From an uncultured Chloroflexia bacterium (GTDB taxonomy: Bacteria; Chloroflexota; Anaerolineae; CG2-30-64-16), in the NCBI GenBank assembly GCA_963808455.1, contig CAWEHT010000143.1:89-64088 (forward strand): 64,000 nucleotides of DNA, read 5' to 3'. Of this stretch, positions 43,472 through 53,518 are shown in pieces (within the stretch, counting starts at the first letter, position 1; each line of letters begins with the position of its first letter). A program made the position numbers and the translations under genes. The notes below the pieces were generated by a model that was not told the DNA's origin, did no database searches, and was given only the letters and a program-made list of their open reading frames with translations.

Positions 43472-44326
43472 CTACAACGCCTTACCGATGGCGTAGATTT
43501 CTTCGACGTCGAGCACCAGGTCGTTCTGCTCGAAGAGTCTGGCCACAGCCGCCCGGTGGATCTTCATCTTCAGCCCGCCGATGCCGAGGGCGCCAAAAGC
43601 CAACCTACCGTCGCGCTCTTTGCCGTCGTCGGTGGCCTTGATGCCTTCGATGCCCAGCGGCGGCACGGCGTTGATATCGGCGAGGACCCGCAGGGCCGGT
43701 CGAGCGGCCCACAGGGCTTTGGAAACGAGCTGGATGCCGGCCGCGCCCGCGGCCAGGGCCACGGCCGCCCCTTCCAGCGCCCTAGCTGCCGTGCCGTCAT
43801 CGGAGACCTCCGCCGGCAGGACTTCCAGGCCAAAACGGGCTTTGATTTCCTGGGCCGCCTGTTGCGCGCGGGCAAACACGCGCGACGTGAGCGTCACCCT
43901 GGCACCTTCCTTGGCCAGAAGAGTCGCCGCCCGGACGCCCACGGGGCCCGTGCCGGCGAAGATCGTGGCCACCTGGCCGGCCACCGGCATGGCGCGCGTG
44001 ATCTTCAACACGGCCGCGGCGGCAGTCGTATTGGAGCCGTTGGGGTCGGCCATGACCGAAACGCGCACCGGCCCGAAGAAGGCAGAAGCGGCGGCCTTCA
44101 GCATTTCTTCGCCCAGCGGCACCGAAGACCCACCGATGAAGATCGCGCTGTTCTTGAGCGCATCGCCACCGCGGGTGAACATGGCGCCATAGACCAGGCC
44201 TCGCACGTCTTTCACGGCCACATCGCCATACCCGATGACATGGTCCACGCCTGCGTCGTAGGCGGTAATGCAGTCAAAAGAACTCGGGTGTTTGTCGCTG
44301 TCGAGTTGTATCAGGAGTTTGTGCAT
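43472..44326 (-). CDS. mtdB: NAD(P)-dependent methylene-tetrahydromethanopterin dehydrogenase
   Basis: collinear with MtdA/MtdB (HKLLIQLDSD, AYDAGVDHVIGYG, FFGPVRVSVMADPNGSNTTAAA); 284 aa. Confidence 0.8.
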   Translation of the reverse strand: MHKLLIQLDSDKHPSSFDCITAYDAGVDHVIGYGDVAVKDVRGLVYGAMFTRGGDALKNSAIFIGGSSVPLGEEMLKAAASAFFGPVRVSVMADPNGSNTTAAAAVLKITRAMPVAGQVATIFAGTGPVGVRAATLLAKEGARVTLTSRVFARAQQAAQEIKARFGLEVLPAEVSDDGTAARALEGAAVALAAGAAGIQLVSKALWAARPALRVLADINAVPPLGIEGIKATDDGKERDGRLAFGALGIGGLKMKIHRAAVARLFEQNDLVLDVEEIYAIGKAL

Positions 44327-44346
44327 CCTTCCCCTCCTTCGCGGCC

Positions 44347-44685
44347 TTAAAGCAGGCCCCTGATTCGTGCTTTCTCCATCCAGGCATCCCAGGCCGCATT
44401 GGCCTCGCGCCGCTTGCCGGCACGCTGCAATTCCCGTACTTCCAGATAATCGCCCTGGAGGTCCCAGGGCAACAATGCGAAGGCATCCCGGATGAGTGCC
44501 CGCGCCGCCTCCCGCTCGAGCTCGGCATAATGCGCGTCCGCCACATCAGCCGCCTGGCTGAGCACATCTCCCCACGGCCCATTTTCCGCCACCGCATGAC
44601 CCTCCAGCCCGATATTGGCCGCAACATGCCAGGTCGCGGCCCCAGGAGAATCATAGCAAGGCACGGAGCCGGCCTCAAGAGACAC
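44347..44685 (-). CDS. hypothetical small protein (112 aa) upstream of mtdB
   Basis: ORF only. Confidence 0.2.
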   Translation of the reverse strand: MSLEAGSVPCYDSPGAATWHVAANIGLEGHAVAENGPWGDVLSQAADVADAHYAELEREAARALIRDAFALLPWDLQGDYLEVRELQRAGKRREANAAWDAWMEKARIRGLL

Positions 44686-44816
44686 GCATTACTGATCCAG
44701 CCTTTCGGGCCTCCGGCAAAAACTGCCGGCACTTCGGACCGCCGATCTGTGCTATACTGTGGCCGGTAGCGCACGGTGCGGGCACGCAGGCACCGACTTG
44801 CCACAGGAGGCATCGC

Positions 44817-45764
44817 ATGATAAGTGTCAATCAACAGGCTGCCCTGATCGTTGCGGACATGGTCAGCCAGGCAGAGCGGCTCGGCATCAGTGCCACGAGC
44901 CTGGACTGTGGTACCCAGGTGATCGACGTCGGCCTCAGGTCGCCCGGCGGGCTGCTGGCCGGGCTGCAAACCGCCCGTGCCAGCATGGGCGGGATGGGCC
45001 AGGTCGAATTCCTGCCGCTGGACTTCGACGGTCTGTGGCTCCCGGGGGTCGGCATCACGGTTGACCAACCGGAAATCGGCTGCATGGCCTCGCAGTACGC
45101 CGGCTGGGGCATCCGCAAGCCCGGCTTCTTCGCCATCGGCTCTGGGCCGGCACGTGCCAGGGCCAGGGTCGAGCCGCTGTTTCAGAAGTTAGACTACGCC
45201 GACGATGCCGATCTCGCTGTGCTGATCCTCGAAGGCCAGAGCCCTGTCACTGAGGCGATGGCCGAATACATCGCACGCAAATGCCGGCTGCAACCCTCGG
45301 CGCTGACCCTCATCATGGCTCCGGCGGCCTGCCAGGCGGGCCTGGTCCAGCTTTCTGCCCGCGCCGTAGCAACCGGCATGCACAAGATGTTCAAGCTCGG
45401 TTTCGACGTACGCAAGGTGTTGCACGGCTACGGCAGCTGTCCCATCGCGCCGGTGGTTCCCGACGAAGACCTGGCCTCGGCCCGGGCCAACGATTGCGTC
45501 CTGTACGGCGCACGCGTGCAGTACGCGGTCCGGGCGGACGATGCCGAGCTGGCGGCGTTGATCGAGCGGCTCCCTTCCCTTTCGTCGCCCGAATGCGGCA
45601 CGCCCAGCTACGAGCTGTTCAAGCACTATGGCGGCTTCTACGACGTCGATCCGATGCTCTTCTGCCCGTCGGAAGTGACGATCAACAACCTCGCCACCGG
45701 GAAGACATTCCATTCCGGACATCCCCATCCGGAGGTGCTAAAGAAATCGCTGCTCGGCAACTAG
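44817..45764 (+). CDS. mch: methenyltetrahydromethanopterin cyclohydrolase, copy 2 (intact)
   Basis: 315 aa; full Mch motif set; the only plus-strand gene in the C1 island. Confidence 0.85.
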   Translation: MISVNQQAALIVADMVSQAERLGISATSLDCGTQVIDVGLRSPGGLLAGLQTARASMGGMGQVEFLPLDFDGLWLPGVGITVDQPEIGCMASQYAGWGIRKPGFFAIGSGPARARARVEPLFQKLDYADDADLAVLILEGQSPVTEAMAEYIARKCRLQPSALTLIMAPAACQAGLVQLSARAVATGMHKMFKLGFDVRKVLHGYGSCPIAPVVPDEDLASARANDCVLYGARVQYAVRADDAELAALIERLPSLSSPECGTPSYELFKHYGGFYDVDPMLFCPSEVTINNLATGKTFHSGHPHPEVLKKSLLGN

Positions 45765-45806
45765 CTGGCGATCGCCGGGCGCTTGTGATCTGCCCGTGGT
45801 AAAGGC

Positions 45807-45848
45807 GTGCGGGGCTCATCGGCCGCTACCGCGGGATGAGCCCCGCAC
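45807..45848. terminator. bidirectional hairpin (14-bp perfect stem gtgcggggctcatc/gatgagccccgcac) between convergent mch (copy 2) and the 519-aa gene
   Basis: seen in the sequence; 14-nt loop; no U-tract. Confidence 0.4.
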
Positions 45849-45871
45849 ACCTGTCAGGTCAAGCGATCAGG

Positions 45872-47431
45872 TTAGACCGCCAGGTTCCACTCGTCGTAGC
45901 CCTTCGCGCCACGGCCAGCGCCGGTCACGTAGGGCACATTGACCTTGATCAGGTCAGTCTGGGCGCTCCCCTTGTCGACGCGGGCCGGAGCAGCCGGCTC
46001 GCCCGGATGCAAGGCCACGATGTTGGTCATCAACGTCGCGGTCACGCACTCGGTGGTCAGGAAGCACGGGTAGTCGGCCAGGCTCATCAGAGCGGCGAAG
46101 CGCTGGGTGATAGCGCAGGCGGGATAGGTGTACCGCTGCGGGTTCATGATCACCGGGTTCTTGTCAATCGGGGCCAGGTCCACCGGGATGCCCTTGATCT
46201 TGGCGCCCTTGCCGCCGGGTTCCGGTGCCAGGATTTCCTCGCCGCGCTTGAGGATGTCCATGAAGTTGACATTGTGCAGCTCGTCGGCCGCCCCGCGGTT
46301 CGGGTGCATGGCGACGTAGTTGCTGAAGCGCTTGGACAGCAGGTCGATCACCATCGGGACCGTGAAGGAGTCGAGCCACAGGATGTAGGCCACGGCGCAG
46401 GCGCCCGCGCCGGTCGCGACCGTCAGGACCGCGTACTCGTTCTTGTAGGCGTTCGCATGGAGGCCTGCCTGCAGCGTGCCCTCGAAGCTCTTCGTGACCG
46501 CTTCGTAGATGGCAAAGGCCATGTCATCCTTGAACATGTTGAAGGTCGCCGGGCCAAGATGATGGCCCACATCGCCCACGCAGTAGGCCGGAACGGTCAC
46601 GATGTTCGCCGGATGAACGCCCGCCTTGAGAGCGGCCAGGACGACCGGTTTCATCCGTTCTTTGTACTGGCGCATGTAGTCGCGGGTGTCGAAAGAGGAG
46701 TGAGGCCCGTGGCCACCCAGGTTGTGGGTGTCCATCAGTCTCCCCTGGCCTTCGATCGGCTCGCGATAGATGAACTGTAACTGCTCGACTTCTTCCTTCT
46801 CAGCTTCGGCGGCATCCTTGCCAGACTCCAGGGCTCCCCGGAAGGCCGCGCCGATACCGTACGAAGAGTTCATGCCCCACGACTTGGAGGCCAGGATGGT
46901 CTGCTTGTGCGCCACCGGGATATCGAGCTTGTGGGCCTCCCCACGCAGGATCCTGTTCACGACGTTGGAGGTCGAGCCGGGCGAGAAGGCGAAGTCCACG
47001 ACGCAGCTCATGCCGTACATGCCGCCGTAGATGCGGGCCGCTTCGCGGCTGATCAAAGCCTTGTTGGCGGCGATGGCATCGATGAACTTCCACATGGAAG
47101 CCTTGAACTCAGGGTCGGCCTCGTAGAGGATCTCGAGGATGGGCGGTGTTTGATAGTGCTCGACGAAGGGATCGTCCTCAGGTCGAATGGTTCCGTTGAC
47201 CGCGATCTTGGTCAGGATGTCATAGTGCGCGTTCACCGACTGCACGTGCAGATCGAACACTTCTTTCGACTGGCCTGCACCCGGCTTCATCCCGTTGACG
47301 GCATCAACATAGGGTTTGGCATCGGTAAAAACAAAGGGGCCGCCACGCTTCTTCGAGATCACATGCAGGTCGGCGTCGGCTGCTGCCGATGCTTCGGCGA
47401 TCATCTTCTCGTAAATTGCCTTGTCTGCCAT
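45872..47431 (-). CDS. conserved hypothetical protein (519 aa) embedded in the C1 island; family not recognised
   Basis: long uninterrupted ORF with coding-like composition; no Fe-S, PLP, P-loop or Rossmann motif recognised. Confidence 0.5.
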   Translation of the reverse strand: MADKAIYEKMIAEASAAADADLHVISKKRGGPFVFTDAKPYVDAVNGMKPGAGQSKEVFDLHVQSVNAHYDILTKIAVNGTIRPEDDPFVEHYQTPPILEILYEADPEFKASMWKFIDAIAANKALISREAARIYGGMYGMSCVVDFAFSPGSTSNVVNRILRGEAHKLDIPVAHKQTILASKSWGMNSSYGIGAAFRGALESGKDAAEAEKEEVEQLQFIYREPIEGQGRLMDTHNLGGHGPHSSFDTRDYMRQYKERMKPVVLAALKAGVHPANIVTVPAYCVGDVGHHLGPATFNMFKDDMAFAIYEAVTKSFEGTLQAGLHANAYKNEYAVLTVATGAGACAVAYILWLDSFTVPMVIDLLSKRFSNYVAMHPNRGAADELHNVNFMDILKRGEEILAPEPGGKGAKIKGIPVDLAPIDKNPVIMNPQRYTYPACAITQRFAALMSLADYPCFLTTECVTATLMTNIVALHPGEPAAPARVDKGSAQTDLIKVNVPYVTGAGRGAKGYDEWNLAV

Positions 47432-47558
47432 AGTTGATAGACCTCCATTGGTATTGCGCTTCGTGTCGCGCTAGCAAAATTCGACTGCGATCAGGGAACT
47501 AGAGACGACAAACGATCCGGCGGTGTCGCAAGCCTTGCTTTTCACCTCCTTTCCGCGT

Positions 47559-47819
47559 TCAGTAGCGTGATGGGACGATTGAGTCGAGGACTGCTGGATC
47601 GTAGCCGATGAGCACCTCGTCGGCGACGAGGATCACCGGACGATCCGCCTGGCCCGAAAGCGCCAGCATCTGTTCCCGAGCATCGGGGTCGGCGACCGAG
47701 TCCAGCTCTTCGCACCGCACGCCCTTGCGTTCAAAGTATTCCCGCGCGCTCTGGCCTTCGGCGGAAGCCGGATCACTATACAACCTGATGCTAACCGAGG
47801 CGATACAGCGACAGCCCAT
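47559..47819 (-). CDS. glutaredoxin-like small protein (possibly lacking the CxxC active site)
   Basis: Grx-like pattern IRLYS...EYFERKGVRCEELD...RPVILVADEVLIGYD. Confidence 0.3.
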   Translation of the reverse strand: MGCRCIASVSIRLYSDPASAEGQSAREYFERKGVRCEELDSVADPDAREQMLALSGQADRPVILVADEVLIGYDPAVLDSIVPSRY

Positions 47820-48035
47820 AACAACCCCCGTACCGATAAAATCAGCCGAGCGCCATTGGAACGTTCCATGGCAGCTCGGCTGTGCGTTTCACAACGGACC
47901 AGCAGCTTCGCAGTCCCACGTTGCTTGGGTAGCCCATGTATTCAATTACATCAGTGATATGGAAGAACATGGCTAATATAACACATCCTGATGACCTTGT
48001 CAAGGGCCAGCATGGATTTCATACGGATTTTGTAC

Positions 48036-49022
48036 CTAAGCCGTAGGGTTAAGCACGCGGATCTGGGCGCCGTGGCTCGCGGCGCGCGCCAGGTGCGCCT
48101 CGCCATGGCCGGAATGGGCCAGATAATCTTGCGCCGATTCCAGCAGGCTGGCCGCGTGTCGATCGTCCCGTGCCAGTGCGTAGACGGCCGGACCCCAGGA
48201 ACTCTGGCCGGCGCCGTGCGCACCGCGTGCCAGGAGGTAGGCGATCAGGTCGCTCGAAAGGGTATTGGCGTAGCGCCCGCCCTGGATGGCGGCGAAGCTA
48301 TCGCCCACCAGTTGCTGGATGGCGGTCAGGGCTTCGCCAAAAGAGATGATATCTTGCTCTATGAGCGCCGGCAGCAGCTGCATCACCAGGCGCCGGCAAA
48401 CCTGCTCGACCAGCCCCTGCGGCGCGGGTGGCAACGTCTGGAAGGCGTGGTCCTCGGAGGCACCGGAGATGCCCGGTGGCGCGCCCGGCACGACCACGAC
48501 CCAGCGCCAGGCCTCCGGGAACGGGCGCTGGACGAGCACCGGTGGGGCCTTGTGATCCGCCCCGGCCAAAGCATGCCCGCCGTCCAGGATAAAACCGCCC
48601 CCTTGAAAAGCGGCAATCCCCACCCCGGAATGTGTCCCCCGCCCCATAGCCTCTGCTATGGCAGGCGGTTCCAGATCGGCACCGGCCAACCGCGCCAGGA
48701 CCGCACCCACCGCCAGGGCCAACTGGGTGCCCGAGCCCAGGCCCACATGCGGCGGGATGCCACCCTTGAGACGTAAGCGCACCGGCGCGCGGCACGGATA
48801 ATGCTGCTGGAAGCGACGCGCCATGGCGTCTACCCGCTCGGCCTCGAGTCCTTCGACCTGCACGGCGCCACCTTCTGCGCCCGAAGGCAGCAGTTCGGCT
48901 TCCAGCACGACATTAGGGCGGTCGATGGCGACGCCGAGGCTACCATACATCCGGCCCAGGTTGCCGTTCATGTCGATGAGCCCGAGGTGGAGGCGAGCGG
49001 GCGTCTCAATGAGCAGCTTCAT
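48036..49022 (-). CDS. mptG: beta-ribofuranosylaminobenzene 5'-phosphate synthase (H4MPT biosynthesis; GHMP-kinase fold)
   Basis: ARLHLGLIDMNG and GLGSGTQLALAVG motifs; 328 aa. Confidence 0.75.
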   Translation of the reverse strand: MKLLIETPARLHLGLIDMNGNLGRMYGSLGVAIDRPNVVLEAELLPSGAEGGAVQVEGLEAERVDAMARRFQQHYPCRAPVRLRLKGGIPPHVGLGSGTQLALAVGAVLARLAGADLEPPAIAEAMGRGTHSGVGIAAFQGGGFILDGGHALAGADHKAPPVLVQRPFPEAWRWVVVVPGAPPGISGASEDHAFQTLPPAPQGLVEQVCRRLVMQLLPALIEQDIISFGEALTAIQQLVGDSFAAIQGGRYANTLSSDLIAYLLARGAHGAGQSSWGPAVYALARDDRHAASLLESAQDYLAHSGHGEAHLARAASHGAQIRVLNPTA

Positions 49023-49569
49023 CGTGCCACTCCCTTAGGTAGTCCCACAGACGTTGTAGGGCCAGGCGTTCTGCCGCATCACCTGTCTTGCGCACGATCG
49101 ACTCGTGCTGTGCGAAAACTGCCGGCAAGCCGGCGTGATCCACCAGATTCAACCGTGTGGCCAGGATCGCCGCTTCGATGACCGCGCCGCGTGCCCGGCT
49201 GAAGCCCAGGAAGTCGCGCCGCCATCCGCGGCCCACCACGCGGCAGCGCATCTCGGCCCGTTCCGGAGTGCCACCGGACGAAACAAGCTCGAGCTCGCGC
49301 CAGTAACAGACCCCACCGAACACGACGCCCGGCACGACGCTGGCGGGGAAGTGCGGCAAATCCACATCTCCCAGCGCGCTCTCCACGAAAGCTTGCACGT
49401 CATCGGTAACGTTGACGACGCCGAAGCCGGTGGCAAGCAGATTACGGCAGGTATCGGTAGCCCGAAACGGGCGGACGATGACCTCTTCCTCGCCCCACGT
49501 GACGCCCATGGGCGCGAAGTTGGGCCGGCCGGCCGGGTCGAGCGTTGACAGGATCGTCTCGACGATCAT
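49006..49569 (-). CDS. DUF447-family protein (H4MPT-island associated; flavin-reductase-like fold)
   Basis: about 187 aa; conserved position next to mptG. Confidence 0.45.
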   Translation of the reverse strand: MIVETILSTLDPAGRPNFAPMGVTWGEEEVIVRPFRATDTCRNLLATGFGVVNVTDDVQAFVESALGDVDLPHFPASVVPGVVFGGVCYWRELELVSSGGTPERAEMRCRVVGRGWRRDFLGFSRARGAVIEAAILATRLNLVDHAGLPAVFAQHESIVRKTGDAAERLALQRLWDYLREWHDEAAH

Positions 49570-50621
49570 AGCCCGGCCGGCACCAGATACTCGCGCCCAC
49601 TCCGGTGGCTGCTGCCGATGACCAGGCGATGGGCCGGCCCGCCATCGATCCGTTCGAGTTTGCCCTGGGCTTCGATAAGCTGGCCGGCATCTGCCGCCTG
49701 GGCAAACAACCCCTCATAGGAGCAGATCTGTTGGACCTGGGCCTGAGGGCCGTCGAGGATGGTGACCTGCTCGATCCCGTAAACGGCCGGCAAGTAGATG
49801 GCATCCGCCGCATCGGCCACGACCGCCTGCAGCCGGCAAACCCCGGCATCACGGTAGTAATGGTCGCCGTAGCTCTCGTGAATCTCCGTGTCGCTGCGCA
49901 CAGGGTGCAGCGATAGATAGCGATGGCCTTCGTAGTAGGCGAAATTCCAGCGGCCTCTCACAAGCCATTCGACCTGAGGGGCCGTCAACCCGTGATGGTC
50001 AATGATCTCGCGCCGCCAGCCGTCCATAAAGGTGGCATCTATGGGCCCGATGCCAGGCACGCCTCCCTGGGCGAGCGTGGCGCGCAGGCGCTCGACGGCA
50101 TCTCGCCCATAGACGGTGACGTCTATGTCGGAGAAGGAGGGGTCATGAATATTCAGGAGGATGGAGCCCGTGATGCCGAGATCCTCCGGCGGAATGCCTG
50201 TGGTACGCAGCAGGGCCTCCGCCAGGCGGGCAGCCTCCTCCTCCAGCGGGTCGGCCGGTCCGCCGGACAGCAGCTGTGCCAGGCGGGATTCAGGGCAATA
50301 GTAACGGCTGACCCGATCTTGCGGCACCATCGAGAAACGCATGTCGCGCACCGGGCAGTAATCGACGTAGGCCGGGAAATTCGCGTCCAGATAGTCCACG
50401 GTGTGGGCGACCTGATGGGCGTGGTAATAGGCGAGCTCTCGATGGTAGGCGGTGCCGCCACGCTGCCAGCGGCCGCGCGGCGCCGGCGAGTACTTGAGGT
50501 AAGCGGTGTACTTACCCGGGGGATGCAAATAGTCAACCACACAGAAGAGTAGCCCTTCGGTGGTCTCGATGAAGTCGCGATCTTTGGGCAGCCGGCCGGC
50601 GCCCATCACAGGTAGCCCCAC
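49566..50621 (-). CDS. Pol-beta-type nucleotidyltransferase-domain protein (COG1665-like), paralog 1
   Basis: GITGSILLNIHDPSFSDIDVTVYGRD NTase motif; paralog of the gene at 61635-62669. Confidence 0.45.
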   Translation of the reverse strand: MGLPVMGAGRLPKDRDFIETTEGLLFCVVDYLHPPGKYTAYLKYSPAPRGRWQRGGTAYHRELAYYHAHQVAHTVDYLDANFPAYVDYCPVRDMRFSMVPQDRVSRYYCPESRLAQLLSGGPADPLEEEAARLAEALLRTTGIPPEDLGITGSILLNIHDPSFSDIDVTVYGRDAVERLRATLAQGGVPGIGPIDATFMDGWRREIIDHHGLTAPQVEWLVRGRWNFAYYEGHRYLSLHPVRSDTEIHESYGDHYYRDAGVCRLQAVVADAADAIYLPAVYGIEQVTILDGPQAQVQQICSYEGLFAQAADAGQLIEAQGKLERIDGGPAHRLVIGSSHRSGREYLVPAGL

Positions 50622-51918
50622 CGTAAGTCCTCCTCCTGCATGTATCTCTTGTGCAGCCGCACGGCAAGCGCTGCTTTTTGCAGCTCCTTGCCGATATAAA
50701 AAGCGTGCGCCGGCTCGATGCTCCCGAGCTGATTGTACAGGGCCTGGATGTCGGTGCCTTTCAGGAAGAGACGGTTGTTGAAGATGAAGATGTTGTCGTC
50801 GTCGGTGAAGATCCGGAAGTTGCGGTCCTTGATGAGGGCCTGCATGGCGCGCAACTCGGCTTCGCTGTAGCCCTCGTGCGGCGGGTCCTTGATGGTGAGC
50901 AGGCTATCGTCGAGGTGTTTCGGCAGCATGTGATGGCTGCAGGCGTAGTGCATCAGCTTGCGTGCCCGATCCAGCTCACGGACGGCTCCGTGCGCCCAGC
51001 TGATCACCTCCGTCGTCAGGACATAATCGATGCCCAGCTCGGCGATGATCCCGGCCATGACACCATTGATCCCGGTCGAGTCGGCATCCGTCAGCTCGAT
51101 GAGATTGCCCAGCCCCATCAGCATCTCCGCCTGCGGGTGGCGGCGCCGGGTCTCGTAGAAGCGGTGCAAGGATTCGGCGAAGCCGAAGCTGATGGGGTTC
51201 AGGATGGGGTCGGCAATGAACGGCACATGCCAGCCCTCGAGCTGCGCCATGTTGCGTTCCAACGATTCGAGCCCCTGGTCGAAGTCGGGGATGACCACGA
51301 CGCGGCAATGCAGGTCCCGCGCGAGCTCCAGGTTGGTCGAATTGACGCTGAGGAGCAGGTCGATGCCCGCGCGGTCGGCCTCCAGGATGTCGGCGCTGTT
51401 GAAAGTATCGAGGCTGACCGTGTAGCCGCCGTTCTTGAGAGCGGCCACAGCCTCGCCGAGCCGCGGATAGTTGCCGTGGACCGGGCAGCCGAGGTCGATG
51501 ATGTCGGCACCGCTCTCGCGAAAGTATTCGGCCTGGGCCAGGACCAGGTCGAGCGGCATCTTGTGGGCGTCCACGATCTCGGCCAGGATCTTGGCGTGAT
51601 ACTCGCCGTAGCCGTCTAGCTGCCGCTTCTGGCCGAAGACCGCGGGCAGGTCTTTGAAATTTTCGGCCCTTTCTGGACGGGCAGGCCGAGGCTGTCGGCG
51701 ATCGGCGCGGTATCGCCCTGGCACAGGCCGGGGATCATGACCGCCTCGCACTGACGGGGATCTCTAAGATATTTCGCAATGAACCGCGTGTCCATGAGCG
51801 CCACGACCCAGATGGGCATCACGGCCACCTCGTAGGAGAAATCGGGCGCCATCCGGGTGAGCGTGGCGGCCAGCGCTTCGGCGGCCAGCTTGCCCGTCAC
51901 AAACAGGAAGCGAGGCAT
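50606..51918 (-). CDS. dihydropteroate-synthase-related pterin-binding protein (MptH-like), left-arm copy; frameshift near 51630
   Basis: N-terminal MPRFLFVTGKLAAEAL in ORF 51616-51918; body in ORF 50606-51751 (DIIDLGC, DTFNSADI). Confidence 0.5.
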
Positions 51919-52427
51919 TGAGCCATCTCCTCAACATTGCTGACAACTTTAACGCCGGGGAAAACTGCAGAGCTTCGCCGTGTTTTCCAGATCGATGGGC
52001 CTCGGGTAGACCTTGATGATATCGCCGTGGGGGCCGGTAGAATCCATCTCGGGAGCGAGATTCTGTGGGCAGCACGACGATGGGCACGCGCGGACTTGCC
52101 TGCCTGGGCGAACAGATTCGATACGAGCGAGTCGGAGATGCCGTGGACGAATTTGGCGACGGAGTTGGACGTGGCCGGAGCGACCAGCAGCACGCTGTAC
52201 ATGCCGTGCGCAAAGCCGGCCACAGCCGGCGAACTGGCCGTAGTCTCGCGCCGCACCCGCGCTCCGCCGACCCGCAGGAATTCTTGTAGCCGGTACATGC
52301 GGACCACCTCTTCGGCAGCTCGGGACAGGTAGATGTCTACCTGTGGATAAGTCAGCACGTGCGCGGCGCACGCCGACAGAAAATGCCCGGCTCCGGTGAC
52401 CGCCCAGGCTATCCTACGCTCGGCCAC
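51897..52427 (-). CDS. HFCD-family flavoprotein (AfpA/DmrX-like; possible dihydromethanopterin reductase), left-arm copy
   Basis: AWAVTGAGHFL and PATSNSVAKFVHGISDSLVSN flavoprotein motifs. Confidence 0.55.
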   Translation of the reverse strand: MAERRIAWAVTGAGHFLSACAAHVLTYPQVDIYLSRAAEEVVRMYRLQEFLRVGGARVRRETTASSPAVAGFAHGMYSVLLVAPATSNSVAKFVHGISDSLVSNLFAQAGKSARAHRRAAHRISLPRWILPAPTAISSRSTRGPSIWKTRRSSAVFPGVKVVSNVEEMAQCLASCL

Positions 52428-53465
52428 GCTTCACCTCCACGGCAGCATCGTGTCATCAGCAGCGTTGCCGAGCAGCAGCCGGTGCCAGGTGCCGGCAGAG
52501 CGCGACTCGACTTTCTCCAGGAGACCACTCGCTCGCACCAACTGGCCCTCCTGGGCTTGCTCACAGAAGCGCCCTCGATAGGAAACGATCTCTCGCAGAT
52601 GGGGGGCCGGCACGCCGTCGAGAAAAGTGACGTCTCCCACAGGATAGCGGCACGGCGTGAAGACGGCTTCCCTGGCATCCAGCACGGTGGCCCGATCACA
52701 GCGTGCCCCGCCGGTTCGTAGCACCGATCCCCATAGCGCTCGCCCAGATCCTGGGGCCGTAGCACAAAACGGAGGAAGTACGGGCGGCCACCGAACTCTC
52801 CCTGGTTGATCTTGTCCCGCTCGACGCCGATGAAATCTTCGAAGGCCATGTGCGTATCGGCAACGTGTTCCGCGTACAGCATCCGCTGGCCCGACGGATC
52901 GAGACGGCGCAACTCGGGGTAGGTGCCGGCGTCCAGCGCGCGATGCAGTGCGCCGGCACCGCCCGGCCGTCCTCTCTGCCGTAGACGGTTACGTCCAGGT
53001 CGGAGGCCGGCGTGTGCAGGCCGATCAAGAGGGAACCCGAAACGCCAAGCGCGCTTCATGGCACGCCGGCAGCCTGCCGAAGCAGGCCGGGGAAAGCGAC
53101 GCTGTCACGTATCACGGGATAGAGCAGCGGGCCGGTACGCAGTTCCTGCAGGCGCCGGCGAGGATCGTATCCGGGCCACATCCCCACGCCGCACGCCCTG
53201 GCAGGACAGCCTGACAGCTCGGCTCGAAGGCAAGAGGTAGTGCGGGGCATGAGCCCGCAGCCATTCTTCCCGCTCCGCAAAGTGATACAGCCGCCGGTAG
53301 CGCAGGCCGTCCTTTTGCCGTTCGCCGGCCGGGTCGGGCGCGTAGCGCAGGCACCCCAAGTAGCGCTCGGGAGGATGGACCAGGCCCTTGATGCGCAAAG
53401 AACAACCCCTCCAGAGTCTCTATGTAGTGGCTTTCGATCACCTCATCCGGCGAACATTCCATCAT
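52409..53465 (-). pseudogene. nucleotidyltransferase-domain protein, paralog 2, left-arm copy with multiple frameshifts
   Basis: matches the intact right-arm copy at 61635-62669 but is split across ORFs 53112, 52696 and 52409. Confidence 0.5.
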
Positions 53466-53518
53466 TGGCCTGATCTCCTCCTAGAAATTGACATGCAATG
53501 TAGCACGAATTAAAATCG

